Assembly: GCA_036172245.1 (NCBI GenBank)
Contig: JAYWIR010000013.1
Location: 1 to 64,000 of the forward strand
Direction: 5' to 3'
Origin: Raillietiella orientalis
Taxonomy: Eukaryota
DNA length: 64,000 nt
Each line of letters opens with the position of its first letter. The stretch's first letter is position 1. This document shows, piece by piece, positions 11,150 to 25,500 of the stretch. The notes under the pieces are model-generated. The model was not told the origin of the DNA and did not search any database. It saw nothing but the letters and a program-made list of their open reading frames with translations. The position numbers and the translations under genes were made by a program.

Positions 11150-13670
11150 GAGGCGAGCCTCCTCGGCGACCACCGCTCCAGGCGGCGCTCACCTTAACCA
11201 CAACGCCGGCAGCAGCTGTCTTCTCTCTTTTTCCATCGTTCGGTCTGAGAGGGAGGGGCAGGGGCGGCTCTCTCTTCTCGCTCTCTGCTTCTTGCCGAAT
11301 CTCCGAAGCCTCCAAGATGGATTGTCCTGCTCTTCTCTGGTCTCTCCTCCAAGCCTTGGGTAGAAAGTGGGGAACGTTCGACGGAAGGAAGAAGGAAAGA
11401 CGGCCATCAATAAGTGATCGTTGAGTCTTAAGAAGGCCCTTTCACATAATCGCATGATCCCCTGTGGGCCTGGAAGGACGCTGCGAAGGGGTCAAAGGGT
11501 CTTTCCTTGAAGGGTCAGGGACGGGAGAAGAAAGGAAAGGGAAGAAGAGTGAAGCCACGAGGAGGAGGAGGATCTGCGCTAAAGAACTTCCTCCTTTCCA
11601 TCAAGAGGAGGAGCCGGAAGATGGAGGAGCGTCGATCATTGAACGATCACTCCTCTCCCGAAGGTCTCATGACGCAGTCAGGGATGGAGGCTGCCCGAAG
11701 TCTCCCCGAAACATTGGCGTGAAATGGGCCCTACGACCTTTTGCAACACCCCTAAGAACCCCTAAGAGCAGACTCTCCGCCTCCTGGTGGACTCCCCCAC
11801 CCCTCCGTTTCTGGACTAGCAGAGCTCTCGATCTGATTTCTCCGAAGCTTCACCAGTAGTTGCCTGCTACCCGTGGGTGAATACGGTGATGGCACCACAG
11901 CAGCCTCCTGGAGCGTAAGCATCCCCTCTCTATAAGTGATCTCCCCAAGGGTCCGTTGACAGGTGACCTCGTTCGCACGAAGACCTCTCCGAACTGGGGT
12001 CCGTGAAGGGTCCGTCCCAACAGAATTCCTCCTCCCCCTCGTATCTGGAGCTCAGGTTCCCAGTTTTTCCCGATTGAAAAAGAGAAAAAAGAAAGAAAAA
12101 ACCTTTCATGAAAAAAGCGGCTGGAGCGAATTAGGTATGTGACGACCTTCGGTCGCCCCTCTTCTTCCCTCCCTCCAAATTTCGCTCCGTGGCCTTGAGC
12201 ATCCCTGCTCTGGAGAAGGCGAGGCTAGTTAATCGCCCTTCCCAAGGCCAATCCAGCCAGCATCCTCCTCCCGGAGGGCGATTGCTAATTCAGTCTGCGG
12301 AGGGGAGAGAGGGGAAGGATGACCTCTTCTTTCCGCACTGTCCCGATCTCTTCCACTAAAGGGAAACCTACCTTACCCTCGTTCCTCCTTCCAGCTGCCG
12401 GAAGACATTGCGAAACCACATCACGAGCGCCGCATCCCAGATAATGAGCGTAGGGGCGGGACATCGACGGCTTCTCGGAACCCCTTGACTCTTCCAAGGT
12501 TCGCCGTCGAGTTGTGATCCAGCACGTCCGCCTCAAGGGCCCGGCCCTGTCCATTGGAAAGAGTAAGGGTGCGTCTATCTTTTTTTTTTTTTTTCTGGTC
12601 ACCAACCACCCGTTGGGGCATTCGCCGATGAAATGGCAAGATGACCCTCATCGTTATTGTCACAGCCGTTTCTACCACTCCTATCACTTCTGCTTCTGTG
12701 GTTGCCTCTTCTAGAGCCGCCATTTCATTCATAGCAACTGCCACTTTTGGAACCACAACTGCTGCTTTAACACCACAACTGCAAGAATCTTTGTTCCTCC
12801 TTCTCTGGCTTCAACCTCAGCAACAACTGCCGCACTTGCTACTGTGGGTACTCTTTCTCATTGCTTCCTATTTTGCAGTTCTGAGCTTCATTGACAGTTC
12901 TTGTTCGGCATGAACAGAGACTCGTTTTTACCCTCTGGGCACACGAGGGCCGCTCTTGGCGAAGTTTTGTACACTCATTTGGTTCGTGCCGCGAATGCCA
13001 GATGGCCTCTGTGCATCTCTCCTGTTCTCTTCCTTGCCCCACTGAAACTCTGCCCCAGTTTCCCATTGCAACGCTTTCCCTCCACCGATGGAGAAAGCGG
13101 AGGAAACGAAGACACTAAGCAAAACCTACACGTGGGTCCATCGATTGGCAGATATCTGAGGAAGAGCCTTGCGGAGGTGCCCGTGCTTTTTGACAGGTGC
13201 ACTTCCCTCATTTTAACGGGGCATTTCTCCTGGCAGCTAAGAACACGGTAGGATTTGGACTAAACCCAACTGAGGAATGTCACAATGGGTGTAGGTTCTT
13301 TCCGAGTCATTCCCATCTGCAGACGCAGGTCGTCCTCAGCGTCGCTACGCAAATGAGTCGAAGCAGCAAAGCGTAGATTTCCAGATCACCACTCTCCCAA
13401 TTACCTGGGTCCGAAGGCAGATTTGATTTTGAAACCCCGAAGCATTTGGAATATGAATTCGAATTCTACCAATGACTGATTGAAAACTTAAAGAGCATTC
13501 GTCAGCGGCAATGACACGCTCATGTGAGCAGTCAATTTGGTTTGGCACGTTGGGAGCTTTGAAAAGTTTTTTAAAAGAAGAAATGAGTCCTTTCAGGATC
13601 TGCTTCGATAGCAGCAGTACTTCCAGTCCTAAGCTCTCGCTGATATTCGTTTTTAATGATCTAAGCACTG
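11150..13670 (-). mobile_element. Decayed LINE: ORF1 remnant (about 13670-12600) then APE endonuclease remnant (about 12560-11200)
   Basis: Knuckle remnants (KCTCQK/HGHLRK, PTCRFC), then EN-like motifs in the expected order: AYAP (about 11915), FRGDF (about 11705), NDH (about 11420). Confidence 0.45.
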
Positions 13671-16289
13671 TTGTATATTATTACTTGAAGTTATACTATT
13701 AGTGATTCTTGCAGAATAATAATGGAAATTGGATATGAAGATATGGCAGTTTTGATTTATCGGCTTCCAGTTCGTGATAAAAAAATTTTTTTTACCTTGT
13801 ATGTAACATTCTCATATCATAATATACTTTGATTCTAGCTGACTCGTATGAATGGTTGGTTAAACTACTATTTGTGGTCAAAATTTCCATTTAGAATTGC
13901 TTTTAGAATCTTTCCAGTCATATTTATCATGCAGTAATGTTGAATGAAATGCTTCAAACACCTGTATGTGACAGTTGTATGTCTGATATTTTTACCTTGC
14001 TGATAGCAACTTTTATCTGTTATGTTTTTCGCCAGTTTTTTCTAAAAAAAATGCAAGAATTTATAATGTTAAAATGTAATGTTTACAGTAAGTTTGTTGC
14101 TTTACGTAAAACGAAGAGCAGGATACCCAGAGATAGAACCAATTTAATCAGTTTTTCATCTTCTTCAAGTTGTTAGTCAGTCGTAAATAATAAAAAGATA
14201 ACTGAAGATTGAAAACATTAAATTGTAAATTTCTGCAAAACGATGCTGAATTATACAAAGAACTTGTATCGTGTTTCAAACCGAAATCAGCTGAAATGGC
14301 GATTTGTAAGACTGCGAGCGAACTTGGAAGATGCACTGGTACCTCAGATTCAGCTTCAATTTAGAAGACATTCCCAAATTTTCCGCAAAAGTTATAACCT
14401 TTAGAGTTTGTTTTATTAATAAGAAAGCATCTGTCAATGTCGATTCGTGTACCGTGTCAAAGAGTACCGTTCGTCATCTAGCACATTTTCCATAACAACG
14501 TGCAACGGAAGTTCACTATGACTTCCGTCTGTGTCATCAATGTTTTGATGTGATGTGCATGCAAGTCATGAGTTGCAGCAAAGGACAGTATTTTTTTATA
14601 TTACGTTTTCAGGTCTAGTGAACGTTTGTTGCCAAGTTTTGGCTGTTCCTTCAAGATGCATCGAAATTGATTCATAAATCAGTTTCCTGAGTTTAATGTA
14701 GGGATGCATGCCGAAACAAAAAAGCTGAGACGTTCCCAAACTGCACCCAAGTTTTGACTTCGAAACGGCAGCATAAGTAATGAAAGGATGACTTTGTGAC
14801 ATGTGCACATATAAATCGGGACTTGCGTGAATTCAGTTCTGAAGGTTTCCAAAATGCTGAGAACATTTGTGAAGTTATCCGATTTCATCTATTGTGGTAT
14901 GCATGCCTTCGAAAATGGTGAAACAGCAATTTATTTTGGGGAACAGTTTTCTGATTATTGGTTTGAAAGTAGTCAGGGAACTTAGGTTCCTTTACATATC
15001 TCATGTAAGCATTTAAGGGAATTTCACTAGAACTTTATCTGCTTTGATCACGTTCATTTGATAGCATATTACGGAAACATGAAAAGCAAATCAAAGAGTC
15101 TGTTGCATCAGTCTTACAGATGGTATTTATGAAAAGGAAAAACAAGGATCACTTGTGCGGATTGTGAGTAACCCTATTATTAATATGCATGACCGTTCTA
15201 ATTTGATGAATGAAATTATTGAATTTTCTTGAAATTACAATTTCGCCCCTATCTGAGAATTATTTGTGACCAATCCCAGTATGGGTATAGGTTGTGCTGT
15301 TATTCATTGATGCTTTTTCAGTATTTATCACTAAGGCAGTTTCAACTGAGAGAGAAGTATTCTTTGAATTTAAAAGTGGTTGGCTCCAGTTGTGTTGTTA
15401 ATTTCCACCAGAAGTATTAGTAAGTTGCCTATTGTTGTTAGTAGAGAATATGATGTTTTTCCATTTCATTTTTTTTCATTCGTTTTAACATTTATTTAGT
15501 ATGAATTTCAAACAACTAAGATACCATCCAAGTGTTAAAACCAGTGTCTGTTTTCTCAAAGTAATGGATGATAATTTGATACGTTTGTAATCTCAGAGCA
15601 TACTTTTAAGTTGATCTGACAAATTTTTTTGTGATTCGTTTTTAAAAACTCCATTTGCTTCAAGTAGGGAATGTAATTTTCTAAAAACTTGCTAAATGAT
15701 GTGTAATCATAGTTTTAGGTTTGTTGTAGCCAAATTGAGCCATGCTTGTGGAGCAGTTCTCAGGAAAGCAAAGTTTCTGTATTTCTAAGTGTTCTGGTGC
15801 AAAGCACTGGAATGCTTAAATTTATAAAGTGATTCCCAAGTTGGCATGAGGCTGTTTAGATATGCATTTTTGAAAATAAATTTTCTATTGCTATTATGTG
15901 TGTATTTCATTGAAGCAAAGTTTTGTAAGGAATTGGCCTCATGATGTGCACTTTCATTTGTGTACTCTTCTTGTCATGGATACAAACCAATTTTCCTGCA
16001 TATGCCTGTTTTTTTTACATCTCTTTGGGATTCTTGAGTCAGTGTTAAGTTTAAAGTGATAAACAATTTATGAGGATGCTCATCTTGTTAAGGACATGAA
16101 TAAGGACTTCTGCTATTGGATGCTTTGCAACCTTTTGAATCATTGACAAAGCATTCAAGTGGCGACTTTAAAAATGTTTACCTTTTGGAAACAAGGTTGA
16201 ACCTACAAAATAATAATGAATCCAAAGTTGAAACTGTTGCACGTGTGTGTGTGTGTTTTTTCCAATTACTAATCATGAAGTTCGCAACT

Positions 16290-16800
16290 ATGTGAAGATT
16301 GCCTGGAATGCAGTCACTGATGTAGCATGGTAGTGCAGTGGCTGCAGTCCCAGATACAACATTCCAAGGATTGGAAGTATCCGCACCAGAAGCCTGTGGG
16401 ATGGATGATTTTGGTTTTGTTTCCCTATTCTACCCCACTGAATCGTTAGATCTTCATAGGTGATCAGCAAGTTTGCCATTGGTGTGAGAGCCTCTTGTGG
16501 CTCCTTGGCAGCTAGACAGTCCAAGGGAAGTGAAGTTACAGAGGATGCTGGCAACTCGAATGGGGATGAGTAGCAAGGATGCTGCGAGAGGCCTAGCTGA
16601 TCGATGGGTTTACTACGTGGCTCCTTTTCCATGGGGAAGAGAGTTCTCCAGAATGTGGCAGCTGCCACAGTGGTGAACTCCACCACCTTGTACATCAGGA
16701 TTCCCCCTATCATCCACCCATGTGAAGTCGAAACCATGAAATGGCTCGACAATTTCGTGGAACCCTTTAGATACTGCACCATCCGATTGTGGCTCGCTTT
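16290..16800 (-). mobile_element. Possible LINE ORF2 post-RT fragment
   Basis: GWMIGGILMYKVVEF..AATFWRTLF resembles the GGLG...W.WR segment that follows RT in L1/Tx1 ORF2. Confidence 0.3.
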
Positions 16801-19518
16801 GGCATGGCATCGCCCTTCACAGAAGCACGTGCTGTCACCTCTTTGCTCTCCATCTGCCATGGCTCTTCCTCTGCCTTCGCCTTCTCTGATCCACGAGGCA
16901 TGGTGTGGTTCTTCCCACTCCCCTTTCCTCTTCATCCTGACGGTTCTCTTTTGGTGCTGCCTCGAGGAATTCCTGCGTTGGAAGTGCAGGGACGCCCCTT
17001 GCGTGTGCGTCTCCTGGAAAAAGCGCATCTCGCCCTGTTGGGGGCTGCACGCATCTGATTGCGGAACTGTTGGCGCTGAAAGAAGAGAGAGGAGGGGTCG
17101 GATGGCGAAGTCTTGCGATTCGTCAGCCAATTCGTGGGCGGGAAGAGGTGACGTGGGTACCCCTGCATCGCTCGAGGTGGATGGGTTGGCGGCCCCAGGA
17201 AGAAAGCGGAGCGAAGGAGCTGCTCCTGGAGGGAATCCTCCTATCTTGATGGAGAGTTCCGATCCACGCGCGTCATCGTCTGGCGTTGTCGACACTTTCC
17301 AGTGGAGTTAGGAGCGGAGCTCATTCTCGCGGCTCCGGAAATTTCCCACAATGGTTACCCGTCGGGAGGGCAGCCTGGGTCCCGCTGGCGACGCAGGCTT
17401 TTGGCTAGCGGTGACGCTTTGATGTTTCGCTGCTTGTTGAAGAGGCTCCTGTACCAGTCTTCTTCAGGGTATCCCCTTGCTCTCCTCCTACCCTCCCAGC
17501 TTGAGGTGAGGGCACCCATGAGAAATGACGTGTTTCGGGGGTTCCTTCGGAGAGGAGCTGATGAAAAGATGCTGGTTCCGCGACCCTAGGAGGGCTTCTG
17601 AAGACCCTTTCTGCCGCTCACCTCCTTTCTGGTTTCGTTGGCGCCTGCATCCGAGTTTCTCCCCTTGCGCGCCCTCCTCTTCCACGACTGCTTCTCCGTC
17701 ACACGCGCAACGCTCCCGAAAGCAGATTACTTCTGGAAACCTTCAAGTCCGGAGGGACGTCGGCAGACCGCCAGACCGTCTCCACGGTGAAAGGATCTCC
17801 TCCTCCTCCCTCTCCTCCCCTCCCTCTCCATCTTGCCTTCCTTTTGTTCTCTCCTCTCCCCCTCCTCTCTCCCTGTGCTCCTGGGAGCACGCCGGTGTTC
17901 CCGGATCTGCGAAGCCTCATTCTGCACGGCCGCCGCCTCTAGTTCGCTTTCCGCCGACCCAAAGGCGCATCCCAAACCGTTCTGGAGATCTCTGGCATGC
18001 TCCCGCGTCCTCTCGGTGATAGCGCGATGGTCTTAGAGTCAGGGGCAAAGACACAAAACAAAAAAAGAGAGAGAGAACAAGCACGCCGTCACCTGTCCAT
18101 CCCACGTGCATCTTCCAAGTTGCCTTACTTTCTCATTTTTTTTTTCTTTCTTTCTTCCCCTCCTTCCTTGCAATGGGCTTCGGAAAAAGGAGGGGCGGGA
18201 CACCTTGCTGGGAGACTGGGGCCTTGCCTGTTGAGCTGCCACAAGTGGGTGAGTGCTACTCGTCGTGAGAAGGCGGGCGAATCTAGGCGGAGGTTTCGTT
18301 GAGGAGACTGCCTGCTACCACACGAAGGTGAGGCAGCAAATGCGAGGCGGCCCGTGCGGCTGCCGGAAGCTTCAGACAAAGGAAGTGCCCAATAAAGAAA
18401 TGCGAGGTGGTCGGCCAATCGCTCGCAACAATCGATAGAGCGCGGAGGGGAGCACATTGTTGTGGGGCGCACAACAATGCCGGCGAGCATCTGTTACTCG
18501 CCAGCATTGTTGTGAGCGAGGGCACGGCTACCAGCGGCAACGCCGCCGCCTATCTTGCGACGACGGCTGCCGCAAGGCAATGGCAGCACATCTCTGTTCC
18601 CGGAGTTCCGTTTGTCAGTGTACGAGGGCGGGTGTTAGCCAGCGGGTCCTCCCGTCCCGGGAACGCGTCGCTTTCCACGGCGGCGGGATCTCGGGAATCT
18701 CGGATGCACGGTTGTGCGGGTGGGAGGCGTGGGGAAGGGGGAAAGAGCAAGACGGGCGCACCCGGAGACTATCCGGGCCACGACCTCCCTTCCCCGCTTG
18801 CCTCCCCCTTCTCCGGAGCTCCGATTTCCCCTTCGAGGACGTACTGGGGCCGGTCTCCGAGTCCGGCCACACCCCGACGGTCCAAAGGACGCAATTCTTG
18901 GGCGGCGCGGACTTTATGCTTGGGCACGCGGAACGTGCTGGAAAGTGGGAAGTGCGGATGGGGGTGGATCGACGGACCCTCTCTGAGGAGCATTGCCCTC
19001 CTCCGCTCGTGAAACGGAGGACGTGCGAGACGGCAGAGGCCGCTTCTGCCTTGCTGGGCGTCGTCTCCTTCCCCCATGTCCATCGCGCGCGCGCTGCGCT
19101 CCCTGTCGATCTCGACTCGCGCGCAGGGGCGTGCGAACCCGCGCGGCTCGCGCCGATCAGTGGCGGAGCGGAGTGCGCGCATGTCGGCTGAGCAGCGCGC
19201 GCGGTGCCTGTCGTCGTGCGTGGTTGCTGCTGTTGTTGCCGCGTGGCTGCTGCTGTAGCGCGAGGGCGGACGCACGTATCCTCTTCGGTCGACGCTCCCC
19301 TTCATCCCCAAACCGATCCATCGGACCGGCCGTGCTCGCACCCATCACGGCGGAGGAAGCTGACAGTGAGCCAGAGGGACTTACGCGTGTGCCGCCGCTC
19401 CCAGACCTATTTCCCCAGCCCCCAATCCACCTCGTCCTCTTCCCAATCCGGTGTCCCAAACCGGGATACCCCCCTTCCTCTCCTCTCCCCCCCCCGCTAC
19501 TCTCTTTCCCCCAGGACC

Positions 19519-22500
19519 ATGCTGATCTGCTGTTGGTGTTTCCTGCTGGCCGCAGGCCGCTTTGCCATGACAGGTGCGTAATCCCTGTTCCTTGAGATTT
19601 TTGGTTGGGGGTCCGAGTCGGGAGGAGGAGGCTCTCCACCGCAGCTGCTGCAGCACACAGAGAAGGAAGGGTGGTCGCGCCTCTTCAGGGTGCGCATTTC
19701 CCTGTAATCTCGTCCGTGGGAAAGACGAGAAGGAAGGGGGGCGGAGAGGTGGAAGAAAGGGGAAGGCGATCGCTCCACTCATTTTCCCATGGAGGCCCTT
19801 CCTCCTTGGGGATTGCCCCCTCCCCCACACGTCGCCCTTCCAGGTCACGGTTGACTGGTGGACGAAGGAGCAGCAGTCGCGGCAGAAAAGGAGGGGGACG
19901 TCGGAACTCTGGGATTGGAAAGGAGACGCCCCCGAAGAGACGGGCGGACTCGGGGCCCGCGGGCTCCCTGCCCGTCGGTGCAGCGACAACCCTGTCTCCC
20001 CTCCCCCTCCTTACCGAAGTCTTCCTGGCCCTTGGTGTGTGTCCGACGACGTCCCGCTATCTCGCCTGGAAGATGGGAGCCGCCTCCCTCGTTTGTCTAC
20101 GCCTACCCCTCGCCCCCCTTCCCGATCTTTGGCTCCGAAACTGGGAACAGCTCAGGGAAAGGTGGAGCGGGAAGACTGGCGCCATCTGTTCCCCTCCCCT
20201 CCGTTGCGGGAAAAGGGGAAGGGAGCGAGTGAGCCCGCTGGCACCCCCCGGAGGCTGGAGAGGGAGAGTCATAGGAAGTAGAGGCCCTGGGGGCGCTCCG
20301 CGCTGCCAGACAGCGGGCAGCCTCTACGCCCTTCGCTCGGCGGCGGCACTTCTCGCCCGGGGGAGTTCCGGGTCACTCAGAAAGGGAAGGGAGGCAATGA
20401 GGCGAGGGCCGCACGGGTTCCACTCGCGGGTCACCGCCACTGCTTTTTTCTCATATCTCCGTAGCTTCTGCTCTGCCTGGGGCGTGCGCCAACCCCGGGG
20501 CCAAAGGAGGATCACGGGAACGCGTCGGTCCTCCCGCGACCCCGAAATATCTGCTTCCACCGCTGTAGGAAGGCAGCGCCCGCGAGGCAGCCCGCTCCAA
20601 AATGGGCCCCCACGCGCGAACGAGGGAACAAGAAGAGCACTACACCCCATACCCCCTCCCACAGCGCCAGTGCGCGCGCGCGCGCCTCCGGAGGCGAAAT
20701 GGGCATCCCTCCCCCCCCCCTCCCTGGGATGGCCCGAAGCCAATGGGGGGGGGGGGACGGAGGAAGAGGGCGGGTTCGTCGGCAGCGGCGGGGATCTCAC
20801 GCATCATCCACTTTGACCAGACTCCGACCTCCCCCCGAGGCCGGACGGGCCCCATCACCTTGTGCAAGCGCGCCACATGGGCTCCCTCCACCTCATTCCT
20901 TATACGGAGGATCGCCCGATCACTTCCGGGATGCTGCGGGGTGGAGCGCTCTCTCCTTCAAAAAAGGGGGGGGGACCCCGCCGAGCGCACCGGCGCGTGG
21001 GCGGGTGCTGCTTTTTGTCCACGAGGGCCCGCCAAGTGTTAGGAGGCGTTGCCGCCACTGCCGCACCTGTCAGCCGATCCCTCTCCCCTTCCCGGGGGAG
21101 CGCGTCCCGACAGAAATTGTCGGAGCGCCCCCGCTCGCTGCCTCGTGAGGGTCGCAGGGGCGGAGGCACCTGATCCTCCCCCCGCTCCCCCCCCTCCTTC
21201 GTCCGCAGCGAGGCGCTCGCGAGGTAAACGCAGCGTCTCAAAGGCCCTAACCGCTGGGAGGGGGGAGAGAGACGGGCGCGCCTCCGAGACTTGCGGAGGG
21301 GTCCCGGGGGCCCCCCGGTCGAGCTGGGCCCTTCGGTCGCGCACGGACCCAGCAACCCTGCGATCGGTCGAATCTGCCCCGTGCGCGGCCCGCCGCCGAG
21401 TGTCGGGAGGGAGGCGGCCCTCAGCTTTCTTCCCCAGCGTGCTGCTAGGCAGCCCCTCCCCCTTCCGGCGAGAGACCCCCCGCAGCTTGCCGTCCTCGGG
21501 GACTTCCTGGAGGGCTCCCGGGACAGAAGGAGCTCCAGAGCCCCTGAGCACCCCTTCGCCTCTCGAAGGCGGCGGCTTCTCTCCCGGCCTGCTCCTCTCC
21601 CCTTTTCCAGGCCCCCTCCTCGCCGGGGCGGAGGAGGAGCCCGCGGCGGTAAACCCTCACTGCCTGACCAGGAGTGCCTGCCTCGAGGGCCGGCGGCCAA
21701 GCGTCCCCAGCGATTTGGACAGGATCCGCGGGCTGCTCGAGCAGAGGTCCCTACGGGACGTGCATATGGGGGCCTTCCTGATCCCCAGTGAGGACCACCA
21801 CCAGGTAGCCCGCGCGATCCCTGGCGCGAGTCACTCCCTGACCCCGTGACCCCGCAGATGCAGTCGCTGGATGAGTGCGACGCCAGACTGAGGTACCTCA
21901 CCGGGTTCAGCGGAGGCCTCGGGCTGGCGGTGGTGTCTCCCGACCACGCCCTCTTCTGGACCACCGGTCGGCACGCGGCCCTGGCGGACCTGGAGTTGCC
22001 CTGCGAGTGGACCATCTGTGTCTCCCCGACCACGGTAGGCGCCTCCTTCCTTAGGAGGGAGAGAGAGAGGTGGTGATGGTGTTCTTCCCCCCTCTTCCCT
22101 CCCCCTCCTGCTGTTGCCTCCCCACCCGCGCGCTCCACTTCCGCCCGGAAGGCCTGCGGAGGAGCGACCGGTCGCGTCCGGCGCCGGTATGGCGCGCCGC
22201 AGACTCCGCCGGAGGGACGGGGTGGGAAAAGACGGCCGCTCGCGAGCAGAGGTCTGGCCGACCACCGGTGCGATGTCTCCCACCCCATCCACCCGCACCC
22301 TCACATCCCCCCCCCCTCCTGCGCGCACGCGATTCCCAGGCTGCCTCGCAGCCGGGAATCGCTCCGATGCTGCTGCCGCCTGCCGTCCGTTTCGCGCAGA
22401 TACTCTGGGAAGGAGGGATGGAAGGGGCGGATGCTGCGTTGCGACTGAGCCCTTCCTTGCTTTCCGTTGCCTACGATCGAGACTCCTCTTCTCGCCTCCT

Positions 22501-25500
22501 CCTTCTTCCTGAAGGTTGAGCAACGAGAATCGTAGGAAGAGCCAAGAGGGGAGAGGAAGTGGGAACGAGCAGCAAGGTGGGGGAAGGCTCCCGCATTGCC
22601 GTCGCTCCCGGGTCAGCGGTTCCGACCCGGATCCCGGCCCGCCCCGGCAGTTGCTGTCGTCAGCAGCTCTGCGTCACTCCTCGTTCATTTCGAGGAGCCA
22701 TTGGATCACTCCCTCCCGCTCATCACTCGGGCCTTTCCTCCCGGACCCGGGGCCCGCTTTCCCTCTGGATTCTTGAGAGGGAAAGGGGCGGCGAACGGTG
22801 GTGGCCCCGAAGGTTTCGCGACCCACCGCGCTGGGTGGGGCGGCTTTCAGGAACAGGAAAAGACCCTCCCTTCTGGGGCCACCGCCGCCTCCGCGCGCCT
22901 TTCGGCTTCCCCCTCGGGCGTGGGCGCGGGGAGATGCCGCGGGTTCGAACGCTCCCCGGTAGCTCCGCTCGTGGCTCACCGAGATCGCTGCGGGGTGGGT
23001 GGGGTCCGTCGCCTCGAGCAAGACCGCCCGCGAAGGACGCTTCATCGCTCGGAGGACGCGCGGCCTCGGAAAGCGTTCCTTGCCCTCTTCTGTCCTCTCC
23101 CCTCCCCGTGCCGCTCTGGGCAGCACTCGATCGTTCGACGGGCCGCCTCCCCTCCCTCCGGTCCCGCGACTGCGGCGGATTGCCGCGACTGAGGAGGGGG
23201 AGGACAGGGATGCGCCCTTTCGTCGGGCGTCCTTTCCGCCCGGGAAGCGTCTCGGCGCCTCGCGCGCGCACGCCGCGGTGGACGCCCCAGGCACCTCCTC
23301 CCGGGGGTCCTGCGCTGCTTCCCTTCGTTCGTTCCGGCACAGCTGCTGCTCTCGTGGCGTCTCCTTGCGAACCAATCGGGGGAAGAGGCGGACCGGTGCA
23401 GGATGGGAGAGCCTTCCTCCTGCTGCCGGGGACAGATGATCCGGAAGCTCGGGGGAGCAAGGCAGTGAGAACAGGGACATCCCGGATTAGCATTTTGCAG
23501 CTGCTTGCGACAGCCTCCGAGAGGCTGCGTGGTCCTCAAAGAAGCTCCGTGTCGTACCGACGTGCCAAGGGAAGAACAGGAAAAAAAAACGAAAACAAGG
23601 GCACGCTCGGGACTGTTAGCACGGAAAAAGTACTACCGGGTTTCTTGGCGACGCGATGGCGAGAGTGGGTTGGTGATCGGGAGTTTCGTCTCCTGCAGAA
23701 AGCTGCAATGCCGTTTGCACGCTTCCGTCGAAGTACTGCGTTTTATTTTCGTCAAAGATTGCATTTGCTTGCACCGGCTTGCCAGGCGGAAGAAGAATCC
23801 GCAGCTGCTTTTCTTAGCTTTTGCGTTCTGCGTTCTGCCAAGCTGCCTTCCACTGCGCACGCAGATCGTCCAGCTATGTCGTTTCGGCTGACAACAATTA
23901 CCGCGGGGGTACCAATCAAACGCGCGCTAATAAGGAACATCCATCGTGACGCAACACTTGCTGTCAACCGAGCGAAAGCACGTTTTTTGAGCTAATTTAA
24001 GCCGTGATTTCCTGCCCCCCCCCCCCCTTCGGTATTGCTGCCAAATCGGCAGTGAAGCATTGTTGCGAAAGCGGGAGCTTTTCAACAATGGTCGAGACAT
24101 CGTCGCAGGATTGGCGGAGGAGATTTTCGCCTTACGGAGTAACAACTGGAGCACACGACACGCACAGGTGCACCGTTATGGACGTACACGTGCATATATG
24201 CTGCTGTGAAATTCCTCGTGAGCACGTGATCGCGGCACTTGCTCTCGGGCAGCGCCCACTTCACCGAAATCTCTCACACGGAAACGCAGCTTCAGAAATA
24301 ACCACGTCGCTCACGCCGGCTGAGAGGCGTCAATTGATTCCAGCCAATAAATTTTTCTCTCCGTGACTTATGAGGGCTTTCTGTCTTCTCGCGTGCGCTT
24401 CTCCTCTTTCAGGCAGTCGTCATTTTACTCCTACCTGCTCCTGCCCCAGTTCCTTTGGCATTCTTTTTATGTTTGTTCTGCTTTCATGCCGCCTGAGATT
24501 TCGCTCTGGCATGAATGGCGTATTTATTTTAAGGTACGAATGCGTTCTCGCTTTTGTTTGACCTTGACGCTGTACCGTCGCTCCCACGTGAATAGCGAGG
24601 TAATTTTGGCTCCTGTTTCTCTTTCTTTTTGCTTTTTTTTCTTTCTTTCTTTGTTTTGCTTTTCACTCGCCTTCTTCCGAAGTCGCGAGAGGGACATCAC
24701 CGATGTTCCAGCGTCTCGAAGACATCCTCTTGAGCTCCAGAACCCTTTCGTTTCGGGGGACGGAAAGGCGAAAAGGGCAGTCGCGTGCGTGTGCGTTCCG
24801 TACCGTAGAAATTCCGCTCGCGCGGAATCGCGCCGGCCAACTGGATTTCGCGCGGCGCGCTTCATTGCGCGCAGGACACCTTGAAGCAGCGTCCGGCCGC
24901 CGCTGGACGGCGCTTTGGCCGACAGGCGAGGGCGCGGCGGTGGTCCCTGGGAGCGGACGAGCTCTCGGCGTCTGCGAAGCGCCCGCTTCCTTCCCTCTCG
25001 TCTTCGCGGCTAGAGGAGGGCTCGCCCTCGGGCAAGCACGCCTGCGGGATTTCTGCGAACTCTACGGAGAGCGCGCGCGCGTGGCGTTTCCTGTGTCGTT
25101 TAGCCTCAGGCGTCAACCTTGACGACGACGTTTCCACCTCTGGGAAAACGCAGTTTTCTGCATGGGACGCGCGCCGCCCTCCCCCCTAGTCCACGTTTCC
25201 TTTCTTCGGGAAGAAGCGCCGCGTTGCCGGGAGAGGGGGAGGTGACAGACTTCACTAATCGCTGTTCCTCCCTCTGCTGACCAATGCCGACTGCTCGCAG
25301 GTCATCTTCCCCCTCCTCCCACTTTTCATATCGGAGTGAATGGAGGGGTGGGTAAAGGAGTCAGGAACAATTTCGCTCTGATCCCAAGCAGGGTAGTAGG
25401 GGTAGGGTGGGGATTTGTTCTCCGACCCAGAGAGCAGACAGGGGCCGCTCCCCATCGTCCGAGTCATGACTACCCTTCTTCGTTCCAGGGCAGCTACTTT

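Noticed and set aside
12600..12900. Vasa/CNBP-like RGG-zinc-knuckle gene
   Set aside because: Multiple stops, no splice structure, and it lies between ORF1 and endonuclease remnants of a LINE.
19844..19993. Possible extra APP exon (VTVDWW...RRCSDNP)
   Set aside because: It has a good acceptor, but its phase is incompatible with exon 1 (immediate TGA) and the donor is weak; exon 1 joins 21611 cleanly.
19605..23995. Long ORFs in the track (19605-20816, 20900-22288, 22559-23995 and similar)
   Set aside because: Low-complexity R/G/P/S translations expected from stop-poor GC-rich DNA; they lie in introns of, or antisense to, the APP-like gene.
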